In this document: positions 18,870 to 27,631 of the stretch, piece by piece
Layout: each line of letters opens with the position of its first letter
How positions within the stretch are numbered: position 1 is the first letter of the stretch
Virus record (IMG/VR): IMGVR_UViG_3300031993_000053
Location: 9,502 to 73,501 of that record
Length of the DNA stretch: 64,000 nt
From: a virus
Taxonomy: Duplodnaviria > Caudoviricetes
Strand: one strand, 5' to 3'
The notes under the pieces: generated by a model
Told to the model about the DNA's origin: nothing
What the model saw: the letters and a program-made list of their open reading frames with translations, nothing else
The model's database searches: none
Position numbers and translations under genes: made by a program

Positions 18870-19715
18870 ATGGAAAAAAATGGTTGCTACGTTTATAAAC
18901 ATACTTGTATAATTACTGGAAAATCATATATTGGTTGGTGTTCAAGAAATCCAAAATATCGTTGGGGTAAAAATGGTTCAAATTATTTAGTAAAAAGTGG
19001 GGATAGATTATTTGACCATAAAAAATTTGCTCCTGCAATTTTAAAATATGGATGGAATAATTTTACACATGATATACTATTTTATAATCTTACTGAAAAA
19101 GAAGCATTAGAAAAAGAAAAAGAAATGATAATAAAATATGATTCTTTTAAAAATGGTTATAATAGCACTCTTGGTGGTGATGGTAGTACAGGTAGAAATC
19201 ATACAGAAGAATCTAAAAATAAAGTATCTGCAACAAAACTTAAATCGAGTAAAATTATTTATTGTTATAATAAATTTGGTGAATTAGTTTGCGCTATGAA
19301 AGGTTATAAACAAATTGCAAAATATTTAAATTTACCAAGCGGAGGAATTGCTGATTGTTGTATAAAAGTTAAAGACCAACATAATTCACATAGAACAGCA
19401 TATGGATATGTATTTGCAAATATAAAATTAACTAAAAATGAAATCAAAAAACGATATGAAAGTTATAAAAAGAAATTTGATTGTATTTATATGTATGATA
19501 TTATTAGTGAAAAATTAATAAATAAATTTTATTCCTATGAAGAAGCGATTAAAAATTCTAATATATGTAGAAGTAGTATATCAGGGTGTTGTAATGGTAG
19601 AACTCGTTTTGTAAAAAATTATATTTTTTCATTTAAAGAATTATCTAAAAATGAATTATTATTAAGAAAAAAATATTTTAATATAAAACATAAAAGGGAG
19701 TTGAATAATTATTGA
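18870..19715 (+). CDS. free-standing GIY-YIG homing endonuclease with NUMOD repeats
   Basis: CYVY...SYIG...R...; GYNSTLGGDG; NUMOD3 GRNHTEESKNKVS; two NUMOD1-like repeats. Confidence 0.92.
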   Translation: MEKNGCYVYKHTCIITGKSYIGWCSRNPKYRWGKNGSNYLVKSGDRLFDHKKFAPAILKYGWNNFTHDILFYNLTEKEALEKEKEMIIKYDSFKNGYNSTLGGDGSTGRNHTEESKNKVSATKLKSSKIIYCYNKFGELVCAMKGYKQIAKYLNLPSGGIADCCIKVKDQHNSHRTAYGYVFANIKLTKNEIKKRYESYKKKFDCIYMYDIISEKLINKFYSYEEAIKNSNICRSSISGCCNGRTRFVKNYIFSFKELSKNELLLRKKYFNIKHKRELNNY

Positions 19716-21521
19716 ATTTAATTATCTATGATTTCGAAGTGTTTAAACGAGCGTGTTTGCTAGGAACAATTATAGTAAAAGAAACGGGAGAAGAAAAATT
19801 ATTTCAAACATGGGATTTAAATACGATCAAACAATTTTATTTAGATTATAAAGATGATTCTATTTTTGTTGGATGGAATAGTAAATATTATGATGATTTA
19901 ATTTTAGAAGCAATTATTAAAAATAAAGATCCATTTGAAATATCTAAAAAAATTATCGAAAATCATGAATCATTGTGGTGTAATTTAAAATTTTATACAT
20001 ATGATGTTATGAATACTGGATTTGCTAGCCAGATATCATTAAAATTAACTGAACTTATATCAGGCGATTCTGTTGAAACAACAGAAGTTGATTTTAATCT
20101 TGATAGGGATTTAACGGAAGAAGAAAAAAAATTAACTGAAAAATATAACCAAGCTGATTTAAAAAAGACCTTTTATAATTTTAAAAAAATATATGATCGT
20201 TTTGAATTAAGACTTGGAATTATTAATGATTGGAATCTTAATTTAATGAAATGTTTAAACATGACTGGTGCTCAAATAGCAGCAGAAGTGCTTCAAGCAA
20301 AAAAAGATCCATCATTAGAATTTAAACCAGTCAAACCAATTTTATATGATAATTTACAAGTTGAAAATAAACAGGCTTTAAATTATTATTTAGAAGAAAA
20401 ATTTAGAATTGGTAACTATTTTGAAACAATAAAAATTGGAAATGCTGAGTTAACTCTTGGCGCAGGAGGCTTACACCAAGCCATTAAGAAGTGTTATTAT
20501 GACCGCTTAATGTACTTGGATGTGCGGCTTCGGCCGCAAATGAGTTAGCGGATATTATAATTTAATAGAAATTAATTTTGATTTGTTTTCAAGAACTATC
20601 TCAGAAGAAGGCAAACGTCGTTATAAAATGATGTATGATCAACAAATAGAACTTAAAAAAATTAATCCAGATTCACCTAAGCGTAAACAATTTAAAACAA
20701 TTTTGTTATCTGTTTTTGGTGCACAATCTTTTGAGGGATCTGCATTTTATGACCCATATATTGGTAAATTAATTCCAATAACAGGCGAATTATTTATGAT
20801 TGACTTTCTTGAAAAAATTCACCATTTATGTACAATAGTTCAAACAAACTCTGATGGTGCAATGATTAAACCTAATTCTGATGAAGCTGAAAAAGAAATA
20901 TTAAATATTTTAAAAAGTTGGCTAGATCGAACAAAGTTTGTAATTAAACCAAAATATATTTATGACCTTGTACAAAGAGATGTCAATAACTATGTTTATA
21001 GAGATGAAAAAGGAAATCTTGAAGTTAAGGGTGAAGCATTAAAAAATTATAATTTTGATGATAAAGAATATTCAGCAGGAACAATATTTAATTGTAAAGA
21101 GCCTTCAATAATTGCTAAAGGTGTTGTTGATTATTTAATGTATGATATATCACCTGAAGAAACTGTTGATAAATATAAAGAAGATTTAAGATTATTTCAA
21201 TATGCTTGTAAAAAAGGTGGATATAATTATTTAACATATGATACTGTTTATTATCCATCGCGAGAAACTAGTTCATATGAAATACAAAGCCCGAGTCGTG
21301 TTTTTGCTTATAATTCTAATACTGAAGCTGGTATGGTTTATAAGCACGGTATAAATAAAAAATCTGGTAAAATATCTCAAGCTAAAGTATCTAATTTACC
21401 AGATAATGTATTTATTTATAATGATAGTATTATTGGAAAGTATGAAGAATTAAAAGATAAAATCGATTGGCAATATTATGTTGATCGTATATATGAAAAA
21501 ATAGAAAATTTTATATCATAA
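19712..21521 (+). CDS. family B DNA polymerase, interrupted in motif A by a 22-nt insert
   Basis: Exo motifs YDFE, GWNSKYYD, YNQAD; removing 22 nt restores LDVSGYYNLIEINFDLFSRT; motif B KTILLSVFG; motif C QTNSDG; reconstructed length 595 aa. Confidence 0.88.
20522..20546 (+). other. candidate translational bypass element (GUG take-off, GUU landing, UUCG hairpin)
   Basis: GAT GTG|CGGCTTCGGCCGCAAATGA GTT|AGC GGA TAT; stem TGCGGC/GCCGCA. Confidence 0.65.
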
Positions 21522-21533
21522 GGAGAATTAAAA

Positions 21534-21926
21534 ATGGCAAAAATTAATTTAGAATCAAAAATGGCCAAATTGTATGAGTTACAAACTCAATTAAAACGTG
21601 ATTTAGAAGATCACAAAAAATTAGTAAAACAATATAAATTATTAATTGATATTGTTACAAAATCAAATAAAAGTAAAGATTTACCAAAAGATTTTTTAGA
21701 AGCTATTAAAAATTATTGTAAACAATCTGATGAAATTGTTAAAAAGATTAATTTACGTTTAACTTATATTGCAACATTAACAGATTGGTATGAAAAGAAA
21801 GATGAAAAATCTGTTATTGTTGATCAAGTTGTAACACTAACTTTTGAATCTCTTGGTATTATGGATGAACCTGTTCCTGCTCAAGAGCCAGCCGAGGAAC
21901 AACCAATTGAGGAAAAAGCTGAGTAA
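21534..21926 (+). CDS. hypothetical coiled-coil protein
   Basis: ORF track, AAGGAG RBS. Confidence 0.7.
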   Translation: MAKINLESKMAKLYELQTQLKRDLEDHKKLVKQYKLLIDIVTKSNKSKDLPKDFLEAIKNYCKQSDEIVKKINLRLTYIATLTDWYEKKDEKSVIVDQVVTLTFESLGIMDEPVPAQEPAEEQPIEEKAE

Positions 21927-21940
21927 ATTCTCAGCTTTTT
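21913..21940 (+). terminator. intrinsic terminator
   Basis: AAAAAGCTGAG-taaatt-CTCAGCTTTTT. Confidence 0.8.
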
Positions 21941-21941
21941 A

Positions 21942-21970
21942 TTTACTTTTTTGTTGATTAGTGGTATAAT
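21942..21970 (+). promoter_or_regulatory. canonical promoter for terminase
   Basis: TTTACT-N17-TATAAT with TG extension. Confidence 0.75.
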
Positions 21971-22147
21971 ATATTTATAGGAAGAAGAAAAAAATAGAAA
22001 AGGACTAAATAAAGCTATAATTAGAGTGTTATCAAATCAAGGACTTTTTTCTATTCAAATCTTCCTTTCTATATGAATATATTATTCCTGCTAATTATAC
22101 AACATAGATTTGATAACACCCTAATTATAGTTTTTTAATTTACTTAT

Positions 22148-24184
22148 ATGAAAGATAGAAATTGGTGGAAAAAATTAACAGAAATAGAGCGACTTTTATA
22201 TAGAGAATTATACAAAAAAGACGCTTACGAATTTGTAAAAGAATTTTGGAGTGAAGTAGATCCAGTTAAATTTGTTGATAGCGTTTTAGTTAAATTTTTA
22301 TGTGAAACATTTCAATATATGGCTCGCCCATGGATAGAATATAAAGGGCCTGAAAAAGAAATTTCGGAAATAAAAATTGATGAAGAAACGGATGTTATTG
22401 ATGTTAGAGAAGACAAAAATCAAATAAATATATCTCTTCCACCTCGTCATTCAAAATCAAAAATATTTAATGTCTTATGCCCAACATGGCTATTTATTAA
22501 TACACCAATAAAAGTTGCTTCAGTATCACATACTCAACAACTTGCTGGATCAATGAATATTCAAAGACAAAAATTATTAAATTCTGAAAAATTTAAATTC
22601 TTTTTTCCAGAAATATCTCTTTTAACAAATACAACTTATTCCCTTCGCGATAATCGAAATGGTGAAATGTATAGTATTCCTAAAAATGCTATTACTGGAT
22701 TTGGTTGTTCAGTTATGATAGTTGATGACTTAGTTAATGTTATGCAAGCTAAACGTGATGCGGCTGAAATGAATTCAAGTTGGATAACTTATACCGAGAC
22801 TTTACCTTCACGTATTGATGATGTTAGTAAATATATTTGGTTCAATATTATGCAAAGAATTGCACCAAATGATATTACTGGCCGTATTTTAAGCAATCCT
22901 AAACTTGCTGAAGCTTATACTTTTGTTGTTTTACCAGCTCAATTTGAAAAACATACTTATCTTGTTTGTCCAATTTCTGGTGATGTCTATGAATTTCAAA
23001 AAGATGATTATTTATGCCCAGAACGATTTGGAGATTATTCTTCAATTAGACAAAATGTAACAACGGATGTTTGGAATGCTCAATATTTGCAAAAGCCAAT
23101 TGCTGGAGATAGAACAGTTATAAAAGAAGATATGATTATAGAAAAGGATGCTTGTGATTGTCCTGAAATTGATCAAGCTGATATGATTTATGCCTCGCAT
23201 GACTTCCCTGTTAAAGATAAAGATACATCTGACTTTTTGGGTTCTGTATTAGCATATCGTGTTGGAATGAATTTATATATAAAAGATTGCTTAGAAAAAA
23301 GAATGGCCTTTGTTAGTCAAGTTGAATATGTTAAATCACTTGATAATGTCTATAAAGGTTGCATACAAATTATAGAAGATAAAGCTAACGGAACCGCAGT
23401 TATAAATCAACTGCAGGATGCCGTTGCTGGCCTACAGGCCTTTCAACCAGGAACTCAAAGTAAAATGCAAAGATTAGAATCAGCTTCACTTTATATGCAA
23501 AATGTTATATTTATTAGAAATGGATTTAATAAATTAACAACATCATATTATTTGAGTGATTCCATCAATAATCTTAAAAAGCGATTACTTAACTTCCCAT
23601 TTGTTCAACATGATGATATAGTTGATGCCTTCAGCCAATTATGTTTATTTGTCTTCATGGATCGTAAATATATGGTCTATGGAAGATCATTTAATCAAGA
23701 AAATATTATTGAAGCCACAAAAGATTATTCATATTCTACTATCTTCTTTAATAAAGAAGGAGACATTTGGAAAGTGCTAGATATTGCAATAGAATATGGA
23801 GCAATAACTAAATTAATTGTTTTAAGAGAATTAATATTTAAATCATCTCTTTCTGATGGTCTTACTAAATTAAAAGAGTTCGCTCCTGATAAAAATGTCT
23901 TTATTGATGCCTCATATTCAGAAGCTTTATCTGGAATGTATACAAAAGATGTTGTAATTGAAAAATATGTTGATGAAGACTTTGAAAAATCAGTTGCGCA
24001 ATTAAATATGGCCTTTGCTAATAAAACAGTATTAATTGATAAACAATGTAAATTAGTAAAGGCGGATATTGATAATTTTAAATATGATAAGACAAAAGAT
24101 GAGCAAATGAAATTTAAAACAGAAAAAGACGGATTTGTTGCATGTATAAGAAGCGCAATGAAATATTATGGTGGTATAATATAA
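22148..24184 (+). CDS. terL: terminase large subunit
   Basis: PPRHSKS, IVDDL, W.AQYLQ.P, HDF..KD, IEDKANG, HDDIVDA. Confidence 0.92.
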   Translation: MKDRNWWKKLTEIERLLYRELYKKDAYEFVKEFWSEVDPVKFVDSVLVKFLCETFQYMARPWIEYKGPEKEISEIKIDEETDVIDVREDKNQINISLPPRHSKSKIFNVLCPTWLFINTPIKVASVSHTQQLAGSMNIQRQKLLNSEKFKFFFPEISLLTNTTYSLRDNRNGEMYSIPKNAITGFGCSVMIVDDLVNVMQAKRDAAEMNSSWITYTETLPSRIDDVSKYIWFNIMQRIAPNDITGRILSNPKLAEAYTFVVLPAQFEKHTYLVCPISGDVYEFQKDDYLCPERFGDYSSIRQNVTTDVWNAQYLQKPIAGDRTVIKEDMIIEKDACDCPEIDQADMIYASHDFPVKDKDTSDFLGSVLAYRVGMNLYIKDCLEKRMAFVSQVEYVKSLDNVYKGCIQIIEDKANGTAVINQLQDAVAGLQAFQPGTQSKMQRLESASLYMQNVIFIRNGFNKLTTSYYLSDSINNLKKRLLNFPFVQHDDIVDAFSQLCLFVFMDRKYMVYGRSFNQENIIEATKDYSYSTIFFNKEGDIWKVLDIAIEYGAITKLIVLRELIFKSSLSDGLTKLKEFAPDKNVFIDASYSEALSGMYTKDVVIEKYVDEDFEKSVAQLNMAFANKTVLIDKQCKLVKADIDNFKYDKTKDEQMKFKTEKDGFVACIRSAMKYYGGII

Positions 24185-24384
24185 TCCAAATAATGATAGG
24201 ACCAGGTTGTAGCTTTAAGTCCGTTTCATTATTAAAAACTTAAACAAAATTTCTTATGAATAGCTATGACCTCATAAGACATATGAGTTAAGACCTGTTA
24301 GGTTGGTTAGATTGTCTAGGCTCATTTATAGAGGAGCTCTGGCCTTGCCAAGAGCCTCTCTATATTATTTAGCAGGAAATAATA

Positions 24385-24660
24385 ATGAGTAAAACTAAAT
24401 CAAAAAATTCTTGTCATTCATATTTAAGAGCAGTTCAAAGATGTGAATGGGATAAATTTACAGCAAAAAGAATGATGAAAAATGCTTCAAGATATGGTAA
24501 AAGTTATCAAAATCTAGAAGCTTGCGAACTAAGAGATTTTTTAAAAAGAAAACAAGATAAAACAAATAGAAGAATAAAATATTATGCTGGATATATTTTT
24601 GTATTCGCAAAAAATAGTACAAAATGTATAACAGTATATCCATATAAAGAAAGGACTTAA
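24385..24660 (+). CDS. small basic hypothetical protein
   Basis: ORF track, AGGA RBS. Confidence 0.6.
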   Translation: MSKTKSKNSCHSYLRAVQRCEWDKFTAKRMMKNASRYGKSYQNLEACELRDFLKRKQDKTNRRIKYYAGYIFVFAKNSTKCITVYPYKERT

Positions 24661-24665
24661 ATAAA

Positions 24666-25046
24666 ATGGTTGTTAATGTTTTAGGAACAGAATATGAAAT
24701 TATTTTCGAAGATTTTGGTAGAGATAATCGTGATGGTTATTGTAGTGTAATTGATAAAAAGATTCATATTGATACTCAAATAACTAATGAAGATAGAAAA
24801 AGAATTGTTTTAAGACATGAAATAATGCACGCCTTCTTTTTTGAAAGTGGTTTAGAAAATTATTTTTATGATGAACAATTAATATCTTTTATAGCATTAC
24901 AATTTGATAAAATTGAAAAAGTATTTAAAGAAATAAAAATTGATCAAGATAAAATAGATCTTGATCAATGTAGAGTATGCTGCACTGAAGACGAAAAGCC
25001 ATGTGATTCATGCATACATAATCCATTAAATAGAAAGGAAAAATAA
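24666..25046 (+). CDS. HExxH metallopeptidase-like phage protein
   Basis: VLRHEIMHAFFFESGL; C-terminal CxxC...CxxC. Confidence 0.7.
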   Translation: MVVNVLGTEYEIIFEDFGRDNRDGYCSVIDKKIHIDTQITNEDRKRIVLRHEIMHAFFFESGLENYFYDEQLISFIALQFDKIEKVFKEIKIDQDKIDLDQCRVCCTEDEKPCDSCIHNPLNRKEK

Positions 25047-25047
25047 A

Positions 25048-25275
25048 ATGGATGATATTAATATAATTGTTGAAAGAGTTGTAAATGTTAAATTACATAA
25101 TAGTGATTTAATAAATTATAGAAATTGTAAATTTGAAAAATATATTGATTATAAAAATAAGCAATATTTTAAAGTTATATCAGATGATGAGAGAGAAGAA
25201 TTTATAATGCTAGTATGTATAGATCAAATTGAATATATTTATTATTCATTTAATATTAGAAATATTGAACAATAA
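25048..25275 (+). CDS. hypothetical protein
   Basis: ORF track. Confidence 0.6.
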   Translation: MDDINIIVERVVNVKLHNSDLINYRNCKFEKYIDYKNKQYFKVISDDEREEFIMLVCIDQIEYIYYSFNIRNIEQ

Positions 25276-25330
25276 AAAAAAATAAAAGAGAAGCTTTAAG
25301 CGTAAGCTAAAGCCTCTCTTTTTTTTTTAT
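25275..25330. terminator. bidirectional terminator between convergent modules
   Basis: A-run, GAGAAGCTTT...AAAGCCTCTC hairpin, T-run. Confidence 0.85.
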
Positions 25331-25340
25331 TTATATTAAA

Positions 25341-27482
25341 TTATTCTGCTTTCTTATATGCTACTAATACACCTTTTAATCCTGCTTTGAAACTATCAAC
25401 ATCACCATTAAAACTATCATCTCTTACAAATATAACTGCTTCATCTGTTGCAATTAAGAATTGTTTATCATCCATCAACCAAGCATTAGATTGTGTTGTT
25501 GGTATATATTTAGTAGATATATATTTAAATGTTGTATAATCATCAGTTAGAATACTTGGCACATATATAATAAATAATACATATTCAAATCCTGCATCCG
25601 TTATATAAGTAGTATTTCTATTAGTTAAATCAATATAATCAGTATCTAGGAAATTCACAGATTTAGCCACAGATAATACTTGTCTTAATACATTACCACA
25701 AGTATTTAATATAACTGCATCTTGAGTTTCACGAGCAGTTTCTTCAGCACTTAAATCATCTTGCTTAACTAATTCACTTGGAGTACCTTCAGTGTAGTTA
25801 TATAAAGTATCTACAAATGCTTTATAATCAACAGGATAGAATATTAAATTGCCTTGTGGAACTCCTGATGTGCCACTGTAATCTTGACTACCAAAGTCAT
25901 CAATATTTAAATTACGTGAGAATGGAGTACCTTGTTCGGTTGTTGGAGTGGCAAGTTTGTAGTAGATTGAGCCACTTGGAGGAGTCGTATCACTGCCGTT
26001 CTTACATCTAATTTGACCACTTGTTGCAACCGTAATTTGTCCATTACTATTAAAATTAGATGGAGATACACTTTCATATAAGCAAGTAAGTTGTGTTTTA
26101 ACATTATCGTTAGCAGGTTTCTCAATTGTACTTATTACATCATTACAATACCACCTTGAATTAGCACTGCTATAACTCCAGTTTGGTTCTGATAAAACAC
26201 CAACCAACCTATGTACTACACCATCAGGTGCCTTGTAATCTTTTACATTACCAGCAGAGAGTAATGTCTCAGTTCCAGTATCAGTATTTGTTAATACCTC
26301 ATATGGATAATATTGGTCATAGCCTGACTCATTTTCATAATAAATAGAAATCGTAACATCATCCTTATTTGATAAAGCATAATTTATTCTTATATAAATA
26401 CAATCGCTTGGCACATAAAATGTTCCTGTGTATTCTAAATTTGCAGTATATGCTCCATAAGTTATAAATTTCTTATCTTTATCGAAGAAGCAAATATTAA
26501 CTTCGCTTTGTCCACCACCAATAATTTTATATGCGTGATAAGTATTATTTGGTATTACTTCAATATAATCAGAACAACCAAATCCAGATGCACTATAAGT
26601 TTCACCAGTTATGCCTAATAAATAATTATCAATTCCTTGTGACTTATCAAATTGTTCTCTACCGATTGCCTTAATATATCTACTATTAGCATTTACAAGT
26701 GTACCTTCATTATGTGCAAGACTTCCTTGATAGTATCTATACCAATTTTCTGGATGAGATAATAAGTAACTTGGTATATTTTCATTACCACCGAACCATT
26801 TAGTCAAATCAATTAGATATACATCTTTATATTCAATAACATCATCAACTTGTGATTGTTCATTAGTAATGATATAAACTGTTGCTTCATTAGTTGACTC
26901 TGTAGATGTAAATACACCAAATACAGTAGTCCAAACATTAGCAGACAATGTAGTAGTAGAAAATGACGCTGAAGTATTGCCACTTTGAGAAAACATAAAT
27001 GAATTTGATTGATGTGGTTTGATTGTTGCAACGCCTAAATATTTATGCCCTGATATTGATGGATAATAACTATTTTGTATTAAACCAAAACCACTATCAC
27101 TTTCTGTACAAGTACAAGTTGCAACACCATCATTAAAAGTTGCAGTACCAAGTCTTGTTTGCCAATAATCACTCGTTAATATATTAACTAACTGATTTAC
27201 TACAATCGTATTACCTCTCTTCTCATTTAATAATGCTATACTACCTGTAGCAAAATCACTTTGTGTACCATTTGCTGTGCCTGTTGCTTGGAATAGGAAT
27301 GGCTCATTTTGATCAGCACCACTTTCTGCATTATATGGTGTTAGATTATCAGCTAAATCTGCTTCACCAGCCCTAAGCTGATCGTAAGATCCATCTTGTT
27401 TGGCTAAATTACCATATGTACCATCAGCTACATAATCTAAAGCTCTTTTTAAATTATTTCCATCAATAAATTTTTCAGCCAT
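25341..27482 (-). CDS. tail fibre / receptor-binding protein (paralog 1)
   Basis: Shares SG..Q..PF.FQ.TGT, GN..VVNQ, LATPTTEQGTPF, PQG..IFYP.DY with 27632-29926. Confidence 0.7.
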   Translation of the reverse strand: MAEKFIDGNNLKRALDYVADGTYGNLAKQDGSYDQLRAGEADLADNLTPYNAESGADQNEPFLFQATGTANGTQSDFATGSIALLNEKRGNTIVVNQLVNILTSDYWQTRLGTATFNDGVATCTCTESDSGFGLIQNSYYPSISGHKYLGVATIKPHQSNSFMFSQSGNTSASFSTTTLSANVWTTVFGVFTSTESTNEATVYIITNEQSQVDDVIEYKDVYLIDLTKWFGGNENIPSYLLSHPENWYRYYQGSLAHNEGTLVNANSRYIKAIGREQFDKSQGIDNYLLGITGETYSASGFGCSDYIEVIPNNTYHAYKIIGGGQSEVNICFFDKDKKFITYGAYTANLEYTGTFYVPSDCIYIRINYALSNKDDVTISIYYENESGYDQYYPYEVLTNTDTGTETLLSAGNVKDYKAPDGVVHRLVGVLSEPNWSYSSANSRWYCNDVISTIEKPANDNVKTQLTCLYESVSPSNFNSNGQITVATSGQIRCKNGSDTTPPSGSIYYKLATPTTEQGTPFSRNLNIDDFGSQDYSGTSGVPQGNLIFYPVDYKAFVDTLYNYTEGTPSELVKQDDLSAEETARETQDAVILNTCGNVLRQVLSVAKSVNFLDTDYIDLTNRNTTYITDAGFEYVLFIIYVPSILTDDYTTFKYISTKYIPTTQSNAWLMDDKQFLIATDEAVIFVRDDSFNGDVDSFKAGLKGVLVAYKKAE

Positions 27483-27484
27483 AA

Positions 27485-27625
27485 TTATTTAGCCTCCTTT
27501 TTAGTAAGCTTTCTATAATATTTTTCATTTTCTTTATATATAATAGCTTCAGAATAAACTTTACCCGTTCTTAAATCTTTAACTCCATAAGGGCCTTTTA
27601 TTTTAATAATTTCAGTAATCGTCAT
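27485..27625 (-). CDS. 46-aa protein between fibre genes (not in track), possible fibre chaperone
   Basis: MTITEIIKIKGPYGVKDLRTGKVYSEAIIYKENEKYYRKLTKKEAK* exactly fills the gap. Confidence 0.6.
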   Translation of the reverse strand: MTITEIIKIKGPYGVKDLRTGKVYSEAIIYKENEKYYRKLTKKEAK

Positions 27626-27631
27626 AAATTA

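Noticed and set aside
20522-20543. Group II or group I intron (insert can be read as starting GTGCG)
   Set aside because: Only 22 nt; an AY-ending excision gives the wrong frame; no ribozyme core
20546-20560. TAG read-through / alternative genetic code
   Set aside because: Read-through hits TAA three codons later in the wrong frame; other genes end normally in TAA/TAG/TGA with dense code-11 coding
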